From: Leucoraja ocellata | Lineage: Eukaryota | DNA length: 64,000 nucleotides | Assembly (NCBI GenBank): GCA_036785375.1 | Contig: JAWMAR010000016.1 | Location: 8,990,001 to 9,054,000, forward strand | Direction of reading: 5' to 3' | Shown here: one piece after another, positions 13,606 through 27,218 of the stretch | Layout: the number at the start of each line of letters is the position of its first letter | Position numbering within the stretch: the stretch's first letter is position 1 | Position numbers and translations under genes: made by a program | Notes under the pieces: generated by a model | Database searches by the model: none | Told to the model about the DNA's origin: nothing | Seen by the model: only the letters and a program-made list of their open reading frames with translations

Positions 13606-14097
13606 GCATTACCCCAGCATTTTGTACATTTTACTATTCATACCCTCCTGTACAGTTGTACTTATGCACAGTAGGATTTGAGTGAATTGTATGACAAACA
13701 GAATCATTTCACTACATCTAGGTCTATGTACAATAAAGTACTATTGCACCATTGAGCAAACTTTGAAAAAAAGTTCCCATCATCTTCTTGAGAACCCAGC
13801 AAGAAACACCAGCACACAATATCTCACAAACTGTGGAGTGCAGATCATCAGAAAATTGATTTTCTTGGTGCTGGTTCAGAGAAATAATTTGGCTTGGAAA
13901 CTGGGGAGATTTTGTGGACGTCTTTGAGTTAATGCCCATTGATCTTTGAGAGGTTAACATCTCATTTGAGAAACAGTATGGCATGGATTTCCCCACCTCT
14001 GCCTGCATCAAACACAGGAGAAAGTGAAGGTAACTCATGTTTGAATTTACTTTTGCAATTGACTTCAATGGAAACAAATTTTGGTGAGGGCTATCAC

Positions 14098-14392
14098 AAA
14101 TCATCATCATCATCATCTTCATCATTATCCTTGAATATATCAATGGGCACGGTGCCTTACAATGCTGTGTACAACAGTGATCGCAACTTCTACTGAAATG
14201 TAGATAACCGTTGGCTCGCTAGGAGCTCATCCGCCTTTTGACAGGTCTTGTTTTTGGTCTTGCTGGTGGTCCACAGCCCCCCCCTCACCTGGCAAACCAG
14301 GTGTGGGAGACGGTTTAGTTGCCGACTGTCCGACCATGAAGCATGGGATTACATGGTACCCGTGGTGGAGGGAACTCACCCCCGACCTGACC
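14098..14392 (-). mobile_element. Short retroposon with RTE-like 5' UTR and (GAT)n tail
   Basis: The minus strand ends in GATGATGATGATGA; the body resembles recalled RTE-type 5' UTRs. Confidence 0.4.
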
Positions 14393-16277
14393 TAAACATA
14401 ATCTCGGAACAATAATGCATATTTAATGGATGCACATGAAAAAATCTAACCCAGCAACTCTAACTAACAGCAACTCTAAAAGTTCCCTCTGGCCTGAATT
14501 GGGATGACAATCTTGTCTATTTCCTCAACTTCAGACTTTAGACTTTAGATATACCGCATGAAAACAAGCCCTTTGGCCCACCCAGTCCATGCTGGCCAGC
14601 GACAACCCCGTACACTTCCACTTTTCCTGATGTCATCTGAGGGAGGGCTATAGGTATGTATTTCTGTATGTACTCAATCTATGAACCACTGTTGTATAAT
14701 GTTAGTACCTCCACCAATGTAAAGCACTTTGTTTTAAAAAACGAGAGTTGTTTTTTAAATGTGCTATAGAAATAAAAGTGACTTGACTTGACACTAGTGG
14801 AAATTTACAATTTACAGATGCCAATTAACCTGCAAACCTGTACATTTTTGAAATGTGGGAGGAAACTGGAAGACCCAGAGAAAACTTGCATGGTCACAGG
14901 GAGGGCGCACAAACTCCGAACAGACAGCGCCGGTAGACAGGATTGAACCCGAGTCTTTGGCACTGTAAGGCATCACCTCTACCACTGCACCACTGTGCCA
15001 CTCTCTAGAACTAGACTTAAAATCACAAACTACTGACACAGAGCCAAACGCTCCACTGCTCGGTTACTGCTGATGCCTACTGTGACTGGTGGCATCCAGG
15101 TTGTAGCATGTTTTTAGACAATTTTATTTGCAATGCTCACTGCATCAGAGAAGCAGATATGGGCAATGCATGAGTCTGACCTAATGAAACATCCATGCAA
15201 CCACTCAGTGTTAGCCATCACACAATATTCAGCAACTGTGGCATTTCCGCCTCTCTGAATTCATACCTGTCTAGAAATAGTTCAACTTTAAAATTCATAT
15301 CCTTATTTTTAATTTTCTCCTTGACTATTCCTTTTTCCCTGTTCTATCTATCAATGATACGTACCTTACAAAATCCCTGTGCCCTTAGAATTCAGGTCAT
15401 GCTATCATAGAGAGAGACAGCTTGGAAACAGGCCCATCAGCACATCGACTCTGCGCTGAAAATCAACCACCGATATATACAAATCCTACATTAATCCCAC
15501 TATCTGCCCAGATTCAGGGTTTGTAGGTTAATTGGCCTTTATAAACTGACCCTAGTGTGCACGGAGAGGAAGAGAGTGGGCTAACATAAAACTAATGTGT
15601 ATGGGTGATCGATGGTCGGCATGGACTTGGTGGGCTGAAGGGCCTGTTTCCATGCTGTATCTATGAACTAAAGTTAAACTAAACTCTGTCACTCTTGTAC
15701 TCCAGTTTCTCACACATCTCCGATTTTCACCAAACCACTATTGTCAGCTGGGTCTCAACCATTCAACCTCTTTAGATCACTATTTGCTTCAAGGATATCT
15801 TAGCTTTAAACTTAGCTTGTTGATCAAACGTTTGGCCAAACATCTTGTTTGATGGTTTAAAATTACATTTCCTTTGAGCATGTTCCTCGGGAATACTGAG
15901 TGCACTATTTCTGTTGCATTATTACAAGTTGTCGTTGCCGAATTAACTTACTGAAATGTTTCTGGCGGCTTTGAGTCTATCGGTAAGCAAGCAGCCATAC
16001 ATTCAGTAATATTTCACACAATGTAATCTGAGGGATGTCATTAAGTGGCTAAACTGTGCAGCCTTTGTAAAGAAAGATGACATGTGCAGCAGTGCATACC
16101 GATTTCTCTCCTTCTACATTCATGAATCATTCATTCGAAAAACACTGCAGGGGAAATTAGCCTGGTCAATAGTAAACACTTCAAGATGTTAGTTGCACCT
16201 TATCATATCGAAGCATCTTAAATCTCTGTGCATAATTAATTACCTCTTATGTCCATGAAATTTTACTTAGACATCGT

Positions 16278-16860
16278 GGGCGGCACGGTGCCGCAGCTGT
16301 AGAGTTGCTGCCTTGCTGCGCCAGAGACCTGAGTTTGATCCTGAAAAAGGGTTCTGTCTGTATGGAGTTTGTACGTTCTCCCCGTGACTGCGTGGGTTTT
16401 CCCCAGGAGCTCCGGTTTCTTCCCACACATCAAAGCTGTGCAGGTTAGTAGGATAATTGGCCTGGTTAAATTGTAAATTGTCCCTGGTGTGTAGGATAGC
16501 ATTAGTGTACCTGATCCCGTGTGCCTCAATCTTGGGAGGCACGGTGGTGCAGCGGTAGAGTTGCTGTCTTAAAGCACTTGCAGCGTCGGAGACCCGGAGT
16601 CGATCCCGACTACGAGTGCTGTCTGTACGGAGTTTGTATGTTCTCCCTGTGACCGCAAGGTTTTTCCCGAGATCTTTGGTTTCCTCCCACCCACCAAAGA
16701 CGTACAGGTTTATTGGTTAATTGGCTTGGCATAAGTATAAATTGTCCCTAGTGTGTGTAGGATAGTGTGAGTGTGTGGGGATCGATGGTCGGCGCGGACT
16801 CGGTGGGCCGTAGGGACTGTTTTCGCGCTGTATCCCTAAACTAAACAAAACTAAACTAAA
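16278..16860 (+). mobile_element. Two tandem V-SINE copies (HE1-like)
   Basis: Heads at about 16278 and 16535; the second ends in AAACTAAACAAAACTAAACTAAA. Confidence 0.85.
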
Positions 16861-17786
16861 CAGCTGGTTGGTGCCCTAGCAAATCTAACCACTGGATCTT
16901 CGATGAGTTGATTGTGTAGATGTATTTTCATTAAAACAAAACACCACCCTTAGAAAAGTCCTCTTTCACTTCTCCTCTGAAATGACCTATTCCAGTAATG
17001 ACATCTCCCACCCTCCTCTTCCATGAAGATATATTGAAAATACTTCAAAGTATGGCAGCCTCAATGATATTGGAAGTGTTTATGGAATTTTGCAGAAGGA
17101 AGCCCATAAAGGAATCCCGTCTGTGCCGCGGAGGCGTCCGGAGAGGACCTGGCGGTGATTGTGGAAAGGTCGGTACGGCGGTCGATGATGGCGTTGACGG
17201 ACGGACGAGAGGACGCACTATATGAGAACGTCGCTGCTGGGGGCAAGGGCAAGGGCAAAGGTGGACCCAGTGTGGGGGGAATGCCTACAGCGAGGGAGGG
17301 GGAAGAACAATGGGGGGCCCGACCTGGGGGGGGAGAACAAAAGGGGACCTGGCGTGAATACTTTGTAACTTTGCAAGTGCCCTTTTCGTGGCAACTATTT
17401 GCATACCTTGGATATGTAAGCAAAGAATTTCACTGCGACTTGTCAATAACGTTTTCAATTCAATTCTATTTGGTTCATAAACAAAAGGAGAAATATAATC
17501 ACATAATCACCCAAGGGAGGCAGCTTTATGACCTGCAGGATTTTGCTGGCCCTTTGAAAATGTAAACCAATTAGTCCAACTGCTCTGCACTCAGTCTGAA
17601 GAAGGGTCCCAACCCAAAATGTCACCTATTGCGTTTTTCCAGAGATGCTGCCTGCTGAGTTAATCCAGCTTTTTGCCTCTATTCTCTGTACGGTTCCTTG
17701 TCCTATAATTTTTTTCAAGCATTTATCAATTTTTTTTCCGAAAGATAATATTTAAAGGGCTTCGCCGCAGATTATAATAGTGCATG

Positions 17787-17980
17787 TTTACGAAGGAACT
17801 GCAGATGCTGGAAATCGAAGGTAGACAAAAATGCTGAAGAAACTCAGCGGGTGAGGCAGCATCTATGGAGCGAAGGAAAAAGGCAACGTTTCGGGTCTTG
17901 ATCCGAAACGTTGCCTATTTCCTTCGCTCCATAGATGCTGCCTCTGCCGTTGAGTATCTCCAGCATTTTTGTCTACCTTG
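17787..17980. mobile_element. Palindromic Penelope-derived element
   Basis: Inverted arms; direct repeat TAATAGTGCATG at 17775-17786 and 17981-17992. Confidence 0.8.
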
Positions 17981-19734
17981 TAATAGTGCATGACTGATCT
18001 ACATAGATTTAGCCAAACCTTGCATACTCTGATAACTGCAGAAATATTTTCCTACAATGTATCATACCCAAAAGTCACAAGTTCACAAATTCAGTTATAG
18101 AAGTAGAATTGGGCCATTCGGCCCATCGGGTCGACTCCGCCATTCAATCATGGCTGATCTCTGCCTTCAAATCACATTTTCCTGCCTTCTCCCCATAACC
18201 CTTGACACCCGTTCTAATGAACAATTGTCTATCTCTGCCTTAAAAATAGCCACTGACTTGGCCCTTTTATATTACATTGCGGGACTGAGAATATACTGCA
18301 GCAGGCAGAGAGGCTGACTCACATGTAGAAAATGGAACAGGCAAGTCCAGTGGGAAGAGAGGGCAGAGAGAGGCAGGAAGAGAAGGTGGAGAGGGCCCCC
18401 GGGCATGAATACATTTATGTTAATACAGGAGAGCCTCACAGTTAAGATGGCTGAGCTAAGAGCATGGATCAGCATATGGGATTGTGATATTGTTGAAATC
18501 ATCGAAAAATGGTTGGGATAAGGCTAGTGTTGGCCGCTCAATGTTTCATTGCAAAGACGTTTCAGGTGTGACAGAGGGGCATGCAAGATAGCGGGGAATA
18601 TTGCACTGTCTATTAGGTAGTACTCGGGGAAGATATCCCAGGGGGTCAGTCATGAGGCAAAATGCATAGAATTGTGGAATAAGGCAGAGGCAGTCCCTTT
18701 GATGGGGTTATGCAGTAGGACTCCTAATAATCCCATTGAAATTAGAAAAGCATATATGTTGGCAGATCACAGAAGGTGTAAAAGGGACTTCCTTCAAGTG
18801 CTTTGACAGTCCCACATGGTAGAGGACAGAGGCACATGGGATCCAAAACTGTCTGAGTGATAGAAGTGATCTCTGGTTTCCTCCCACAGTCTAAAGATGT
18901 AAATGTTTATAGGTCAATTGGCTTGGTAAAATTATAAATTGTCCCTAGCTTGTGTAGGATAGTATTAGTTCGCGTGGATTGCTGTTCGGCATGGACTTGG
19001 TGGGCCGAAGGGCCTGTTTCTGCACTGTACCTCTAAACTAAACTAAACTACAGTTGATCGTTGAAGTATGCTCAGAAAATGAAATTAAAAGGAAATGAAT
19101 AGACAATAGACAATAGGTGCAGGAGTAGGCCATTTGGCCCTTCGAGCCAGCACCGCCATTCAATGTGATCATGGCTGATCATCCCCAATCAGTATCCCGT
19201 TCCTGCTTTCTCCCCATATCCCCTGACTCCTAGTTTCAAATGTTTACAAAAGTTTAATGTGAGCCATTGGGCAAATATTTCACATGCCTCCTGGTCATGG
19301 AGAGGTTTTTTCATAATCAATTCTTCTCCTTTATTGTTAATCGCTGTTAATCTGTGGGAATTCATTCTGTCAATGTTACGGGTTAAATCCCAGACACCCA
19401 CACTCTCTTTGTTGGTCGTTGTGAATGACCTTCTATTCTTTATTTGCAAGCTCTAGGAATGATTCTTGAAGCTATAACTATAGGGTGCGTTGTGCAGTTA
19501 GTGACCATTGCTAACATGGAAAGCCTACCTTTCAACAAATTCATGATGTATTCACTGCACATGCCTCGGATTATTGTAGACATAAAATTAAGGCCACAGT
19601 CTAACCTTGCACTTAACGACATGTGCTAAAAATAGTCTTTGGTTGCTTGGGTGATAACAAATAGAATGGGCCTGTCGACTTCATCTCCACTCTATTGAAA
19701 TCAAGGTATGGCTGAAATTTACTGATTGGGACTC

Positions 19735-20205
19735 ATAACGTCATAAGGTCATAAATGATAGGAGCAGAATTAGGCCATTTGTCCCATCAAGTCTACTCTG
19801 CCGTTCAATCACGCCTGATCTATCTCTCCCTCCTAACACCATTCTCCTGCCTTCTCCCCATAACCCCTGACACCCGTAGTAATCAAGAACCTACCTATCT
19901 CTGCCTTAAAAATATCCATTGCCTTGGCCTTCACAGCCTTCTGCGGCAAATAATTCCACAGCTTCACCACCCTCTGACTAAAGAAATTCCTCCGCCAAAA
20001 GGAACGTCCTTTAATTCTGAGGCTGTAACCTCTAGTCCTAGACTCTCTCACTAGTGGAAACATCCTCTCCACATCCACTCTATCCAGGACTTTCACTATT
20101 CAGTACATTTCAATGAGGTCTCCCCTTATCCTTCTAAACTCCAGCGACTGCAGGCCCTGTGCCGTCAAACGCTCATCATATGTTAACCCACTCATTCCTG
20201 GAATC
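19735..20205 (-). mobile_element. CR1 LINE 3' fragment
   Basis: DRVDVERMFPLVRESRTRGYSLRIKG...FFSQRVVKLWNYLP. Confidence 0.85.
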
Positions 20206-20532
20206 AGCCCAGCTCACAGCTCACCAGTCCCATTGATCCAAATCTACCTGCTCCAGTCGTGAATGACCTGTCTTGCTGGAGTTGAAGACTGCTTAGGCCT
20301 CTGTCAACGTAAGTGTGTCATCTGGTAACTGAGAAAATCCCTGCCCATTGTACTCCTCCGGAAAATGTTAGGAGTTGGACAGATGTGTGAAGGCTTGCAA
20401 ATACTTCTGAACATCAGAAATATTGAGAACCATATTAAAATTAAAATAATTAAAATTTTTAAATGTTAAAAATAGTAAAGATGAAGGCCAGCTAAAGAAT
20501 TCAAATAATTTAAAAGGCCAGGGCAATGGCAA

Positions 20533-21085
20533 GGGCGGCACAGTGGCGCAGCTGGTATAGCTGCTGCCTCACAGCGCCAGAGACCCAAGTTCATTCCTGA
20601 CATTGGGTGCTGTCTGTGTGGAGCCTGCACTCTTTCCCTGTGACCACGTGGGTTTCCTCTGGGTTCCCCGTTTTCTTCCCACATCACAATGATTTGCAGA
20701 TTTGTACGTTAATGGTCTTCTGTAAATTGCCCCGGTGTGTAGGGAGTGGAGGAGAAAGTGGGATAACCTCAGCCCATTGAAGTGGTGGCACGATGGCGCA
20801 GCTGTAGAGTTGCTGCAGACAGCGCCGTATCCTGACTACGGGTGATGTCTGTATGGAGTTTGTACGTTCTCCCCATGACCTACGTGGGTTTCCTCCCAGT
20901 GCTCCGATTTCCATTCCACACTCCAAAGACGTACAGGCTTTTGGGCCAATTGGTTTGGTAAAATTGAAAATTGTCCCTAGTGTGTGCAGGATATTGCTAG
21001 TGTACGGGGATCGCTGGTTGGCGCGGACCTGATGGGCGAAGGGCCTGTTTCCGCACTGTATCTTTAAACTAAAAACTAAACTTAA
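20533..21085 (+). mobile_element. Two tandem V-SINE copies
   Basis: Heads at about 20533 and 20785; V-domains; tail near 21065. Confidence 0.8.
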
Positions 21086-22612
21086 AACTGGATCATGGAA
21101 TAAATCTCTCTTCCCAGCTCGTCATCTGCTGTTACTTTGTGGACACTAATGTTTCTAACAACATACACAATATTGTTCCCGAATTATAACACAGTAGATT
21201 TATTTAAGCACTGAATTCTACATATCTTCAGAATTTATGTGTCACGCCCTGTACGATGACTGTGGAAGTGATACTTAAAGGAGGAAATCCAGAGGGGATA
21301 TATTTTGTTAAAAGTGTTATTTAATTTGAAAAAAGCCCTGTAATAATAAAGAAGAAAACCACCATCACTTGCCCCAGAAGTTTTGGCCATCACCCCCTCA
21401 TAAGTAACTTGGTAGTCACTACCATCAACGAGCAGACAAATTCTCACTTCATTGGGTGTAATGGATGTGACCGTGGAAAATAGGTACAGGCCATTCGGCC
21501 CCAAGTGGCTGCTTCACCATTCAGTTGGGCAATGGCTGATCATGGTAATGGCAATGATATTCCAACAAATGCCACAGTTTGTTGCCCACCAACACAAATA
21601 TATTCACAGCACCCAAGGCCGAGAGGTGGGATTTTTAGTTTTTAGCGTTACATGATAGAAACAGGCCCTTCAGCCCACCGAGTCCATGCCGACCATTGAT
21701 CACACTATTGCTCTAGTTTCATGTTATACCACTTTCACGTCCACTCCCTACACATGGGGGGGGGGGGGCAACCCCACATTTATTTGGGATGTGGGAGGAA
21801 AACGGGAGTACCCAGAGGAAACCCACGCGGTCACAGGGAGATCGTGCAATCTTCGTACAGACAGTACCGATCAAACCCAGGTCCCTGGTGCTGTGCTGCG
21901 ACATCGTGCCACATGTGTGGGGGAGGAGATCACTCCCACAAGAATGGCATCTGGAGATCAGAGCCTAGAGAAGTGAGGTGCTGGAGGTGAGGCGAGTTGA
22001 AGAGGTAGTGGGGGGAAAGGGTTCATCATCATTGGCAGGGAAGAATCAGGATGGGAATCAGGTGTCAGGAGGGAGATGGGTGGGTTGGACAGGAGGATGC
22101 TGGGCGATCAGTACGATGTGGAGTTAGAGATGGTGAAGAGATGGGGCAGTGCGGGGCTCAAGGGACATCCTGTGGAGACACAAACCTGTACTGTGAAGGC
22201 CTGTGAGAACCCAATAATGGGTGCTCAGGGAACAACCTTTCAATGTCCCTTGATTATGTTTCAAAACGGCCAAAGAGCAGGGAATGGCCACATCCTGTGG
22301 ACTACTAACACGGAAATGAATCGAGAACATGAAGGTTAACTGCAACTGGAGTTGCCCAGTGACAAGGTTCACAAACAAGGATTAGTGTTGAATTTATAGA
22401 CAGCCAAATCACTTGATTTACATCATGCAAGTTGAAAGCACCTCACACACAAAGGCTTGACATCCCTTTCAAACTGGAATCAAGTCAAGTCAGGTCAGGC
22501 ATGTCAAGTCCAGTGTCATATGCTCAAGCACAAAGAGGCACAGACACAGTGGACATCTTGCTTTAAGTAACGGTGCTGATTAAACTGTCATTAACCAGGT
22601 ACCTTCAAGACC

Positions 22613-22806
22613 AAATATAGACACAAAAAGCTGGACTAACTCAGCGGGACAGCCAGCATCTCTCGAGAGACGAAATGGGTAACGTTTCAGGTCGAGACCA
22701 TTCTTCAGCTCTTCTCTCCAGAGATGCTGCCTGTCCCGCTGAGTTACTCCACTGTTTTGTGTCTATCTTCGGTTTAAACCAGCATCTGCAGTTCCTTACT
22801 ACACAT
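22613..22806. mobile_element. Palindromic Penelope-derived element next to the SYT6 exon donor
   Basis: Same family arms. Similar copies lie at about 1940-2140, 5880-6205, 37860-38065, 49245-49445 and 56425-56570. Confidence 0.75.
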
Positions 22807-22838
22807 ATCCCCAAGAGGTGAGTGGGTGAGAGACTGAC

Positions 22839-23184
22839 CTGGAAGATGAGGCTGGCTCAGTTGTCTGTCTCTGTATTCTCGTGTGACGCAGAATGTGATC
22901 CTTCATTGACATCTGGACATCGGCGGGAATGTCGGGAGACGTGTGGCTGATCTTCATGGCTGCTTCCAGGAAGCTCATGGACGGGGACTCCTTGGGTTTG
23001 TCCGTCATCTCCTTGTAATGGTCAGTGGCGGTGGCGTTGACCGTATCCCGGGGAACGGACGTGTTAGAGAGAACCTTGTTCTTCCAGGGCACCCAGCAGA
23101 GTTTCCAGAACACAAAGAGAAAGACTGCCACCAGGGCCAGGCCACAAAATATAAGTATCACAGCGAGCAAGCTGACCGAGATAT
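22839..23184 (-). CDS. SYT6: Synaptotagmin-6 coding exon (transmembrane helix plus linker), 346 bp
   Basis: Translates to (D)[36 protein letters not shown]...[58 protein letters not shown](R). Acceptor is tgtttgcag|AT and donor is AG|gtcagt. The split Arg codon AG|G joins in frame to the exon starting at 13090. Confidence 0.93.
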
Positions 23185-23649
23185 CTGCAAACAGAATGGG
23201 GGAGGTTGGAAGACAAGGATGTGGCACAGACAAAGGACAAATGGGGGGGAAAAAGAGAGAAAACCTGTGAACAATATGATCTACTTTTCAATAATCCATT
23301 ACAAATAGTTTTAAGGCCATACGGCATTGAGACAGGTCGTTTGGCCAAATGTGTTTGTGCTGTCCATGCCGACCATTGATCCATCAATTACTTACCTGCA
23401 CTAACGCTTTTCCCAGCACTCTGCACATAACTTCCAAATCTTGGCACTTCAAGTTTTCATCTAAGTACTTAAATATTTTGAGATTATGTGGCTCAATTAG
23501 GCAGTGCATTACAGATTTCAGCCACCCTCTTGAAAATAGTTCTTCCCTAAGTCCCCTCTGCATCTCCTGCCTCTCACTTTAAACCTGTGCCCTCTGGTCA
23601 CAGACACTTGGGGTAGATTTCTTATTATTTATGCCCCTCACAATACTTC

Positions 23650-24285
23650 TTCCCCCCAGGATGAGGGTTTCCATAGTAGATCATCAGAGATGTTCTCATT
23701 CCATAGGAAACGGGGGTTCTCCCATTATAGATGAGGCTCTCAATGGCGTCCCCTTGAAATCCCGCAGCTCCGCTCTTGCTCTCCCTGCTCCCATTTGCAA
23801 CAAGGACAGAGTCCCCCTTGTCCTCGCCTTCCATATAGCATATTCCTACTCCAACACTTTTGCCACCTCCAACGGGATCCCACTACTGGCCACATCTTCC
23901 CATCTCCACCCCTTTCTGCTTTCCGCAGAGACCATTCCCTCCACAACTCCCTGGTCAACTCGCCCCTTCCCACCCAAACCACCCCCTCCCCAGGTATTTT
24001 CCCCTGTAACAGGAGATGCAACACCTGTCTCTTTACCTCCCTCCTCGACTCCATCCAAGGACCCCGACAGTCTTTTCAGGTGAGGCAGAGGTTCACTTGC
24101 GCCTCCTCCAACCTCATCTTTTGTATCCGCTGTTCCAGGTGTCAACATCTGTACATCGGCGAGACCAAGCGCAGGCTTGGCGATCGTTTAGCTGAACACC
24201 TCCGCTTAGTCCGCCTTAACCTACCTGATTTCCCGGTTGTTCAGCACTTTAACTACCCGTCCCATTCCCAATCTGACCTTTACGT
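23650..24285 (+). mobile_element. Penelope-like element fragment (GIY-YIG region)
   Basis: QRFTCASSNLIFCIRCSRCQHLYIGETKRRLGDRLAEHLR...PVVQHFN, homologous to 47660-48228. Confidence 0.85.
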
Positions 24286-24849
24286 TGCAAGTACCCCTTA
24301 GTATTTGCCCCAATGGCTCCCCACCACCCCCCTCAGTTCTTGGTGCCCCCCCACCCCACCAAAGTCTGGCCCCCCTCAACCACCAGTGATTAATGAGTGA
24401 CTTAGTTCTATCTCTCTTTTGGTGCTTTTTGGGTTAATTTCAGAGCAACAGTAAAACGTAATGGAAAGAAAACTACCAGGAGAGATGAAAAACGAGTGCC
24501 ATTCTTATCGATTGTTTTACACTGTGACAAGAAGTGATCAAGGAGCGTGCCTGTTATATTCAGCTTCAGGGTATCACTCAATGCACATCGATTGAACACC
24601 AAATAAAATCTCTGTGGCACCCAAACGTATATAACGTGTACAGTGGGTCAGAACAGAAGGGATTAGAAATTCAATCACATAATGCTTTTTTGTGCATTGC
24701 GTGACTGATGAGAATTTGAGTGAAATGCAATAATGACCACTACTCAGTTCTGGAGTAACTCAGCAGGTCAGGTAGCATCCCTGGAAGAAATAGATAGGTG
24801 ACTTTTCAGATCAGGGCCCTTCTGGAGTCTGAAGAAGAGTATGAAGTAA

Positions 24850-25460
24850 GGAAGACAAATGCAAGAGGACTAGAATACAAAAACAGGGATGTAATGCTGA
24901 GGCTCTATTAGTTGCTGGTTAGGCTGCATTTGGAGTATTGTGAGCAATTTTCCCCATATCTGAGGAAGGATGCGCTAGCTCTGGTGAGGGTCCAGACAAG
25001 GTTTATGATAGTGATCCCTGGAATGAGTGGGTTAGCATATGTACTCGCTAAAGTTTAGAAGGATGAGTGGGTACCTCTTTGAAACTTACTGAATAGTGTA
25101 AGGCTTGGATAGAGTGGATGTGGATGTGGAGAGGATGTTTCCACTAGTGGGAGAGTCTAGAACCAGAGGTCATAGCCTCGGAATAAATTGACATTCCTTT
25201 AGGAAGGAGATGAGGAGGAATTTCTTTAGACAGAGGGTGGTGAATCTGTGAAATTCATTGCCACAGAAGATTGTGGAGGCAGATTCAATGGATATTTTTA
25301 AGGCAGAGGTAGATAAATTCTTGGTTAATACAGGTGTCAGGGGTTATGAGGAGAAGGAAGGAGAATGTGGTTAGGAGGGAGAGATAGATCAGTCACGATT
25401 GAATGGTGGAGTAGACTTAAAGGGCCAAATGTCCTAATTCTGGTCCTATCACTTATGAAC
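24850..25460 (+). mobile_element. CR1 LINE 3' fragment
   Basis: Degenerate ORF2 end plus UTR ending CCTATCACTTATGAAC. Confidence 0.8.
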
Positions 25461-26074
25461 TACAGTGTGAGGAAGGGTCCTGATCTGACACATCTCCTAT
25501 CCATGTCTTCCAGAGGTGCTGGCTGAGTTACTCTAGATCAACTCTGATTGTGAGTCCCGACCCAAAACATTGCCTATCCATATCTTCCAGATTTGCTGCC
25601 TGTCCTGGTAAACCACTCCAGATCTACTCTAAAGGTGGGTCCTAACCCAAAACATCGCCTATCCAGATGTTGCCTGATCTGCAGATTTAATTCAACACTA
25701 TTTGTTTATTAACCAGTATCTGCAGTTCCATGTCGAAATTTGATTGACTACTTCCCCAAGGCATGTCACATTTATTAGAGAGACACAGGATGATGTCATC
25801 TCCAGTTACGAGAATTAACTTGAACATTATTCTGAGTTATGCCAGGAATAACAGTCTTTGGGCACTCTGACAGCCATATCTAATCACTGGAGCACTGGTT
25901 TGAGCGAAGGCCCTTACCTGCCATCTTCTTGGTCAACAAATTTGGCCCAGAACCTTAGTTTGCTGGCCCCCTATTGTTCTGATGTCCCCAAGACCTCTGA
26001 AGGAGCTTTCTGTTGCCACTTTCCCCATCATCCACACAAACCCTTGCCAATCGCAGCCTCCCCCAACCCCAAAT

Positions 26075-26390
26075 GGGAGGCCAGCGGTAGAGTTGTTGCC
26101 TGACAACGCTTACAATGCCAGAGACCCGGGTTCGATCCCATCTACGGGTGCTATGGGTGCGGAGTTTGTACGTTCTCCCCGTGGCCACAGGGGTTTTCAT
26201 CGAGATCTTCATTTTCCGCCCACACTGCAAAGACGTGCTGGTTTGTAAGTTAATTGGCTTGGTGTATGTGTCAAATTGTCCCTGGTGCTGGTAGGATAGT
26301 ATTAATGTGCAGGGATCGCTGGTCGGTGCGGACTTGGTGGGCCAAAGGGCCTCCTTCTGCGCTGTATCTCTAAACTAAACTAAACCAAAC
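26075..26390 (+). mobile_element. V-SINE (HE1-like)
   Basis: Head, V-domain and (TAAAC)n tail. Confidence 0.85.
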
Positions 26391-27218
26391 CTTGACTTTG
26401 ATGACTTCTGCCAGTGATCACGAACAACACCAGCACACAGGCCCTGATTGTCCTTTTCCACCACAATCCTAACACATTCGCTGATGTCTATAACACCCCA
26501 ACCCCACACTGACCACAACTGTCCTCCTTTCTCAACCACAACACAGACTCCATAGGTCTGGCACACCTCAGCTGCAGGTCCTGATGATACTAGACCACCA
26601 CTATCACAACAGGATCTCTGTTCATCCTCCTACCACCAACCTGAGCACAGATCCTAAATATTCTCTACAATACCAACCAAACCAGAGTCCCTCAAAATCG
26701 CCCTTTAAGAATACGATATATTTTGATAAAATCTTTTATTTCTTTAAGTTCAAAAGAATACAACACGTGTCTCTTCCTAGACACCAAACCCATCATCTCT
26801 GGAACTAGTCCAGTGAATCTTTGCTACCTTTTTTCCAATGGCACGTACATCCTTTCTTAGATATGGCGATGAAAACAGAATACTCCCGATGCAGTTTAAC
26901 CGAGGCCCTGTACAATTGCAATAAGACTACCTTGTTCCCATACTCAAATCCGCTCATAATATTGCTCCCGGATCCCGGCTCATTGGACCCAGCAGACCGC
27001 CGACACGGAAGAGGAGGCCTCCGTAGACCAGAGACGGGTGGGAAGGAGCCAATGAGGATGATGACGGGCGAAGAGCGATGCCGGTAGGAGAGGAGAGGAA
27101 AGCAGGTTGAACCTATCGTGCCCTCGTGGTCGGCTGCGGGAGGGACCCGCGGGGAACAAAGGTGGACGGACAAGGAGAAGGGCGTGGTGTCCAAAGAAGG
27201 AGATGGCTGGAGGCCAGT

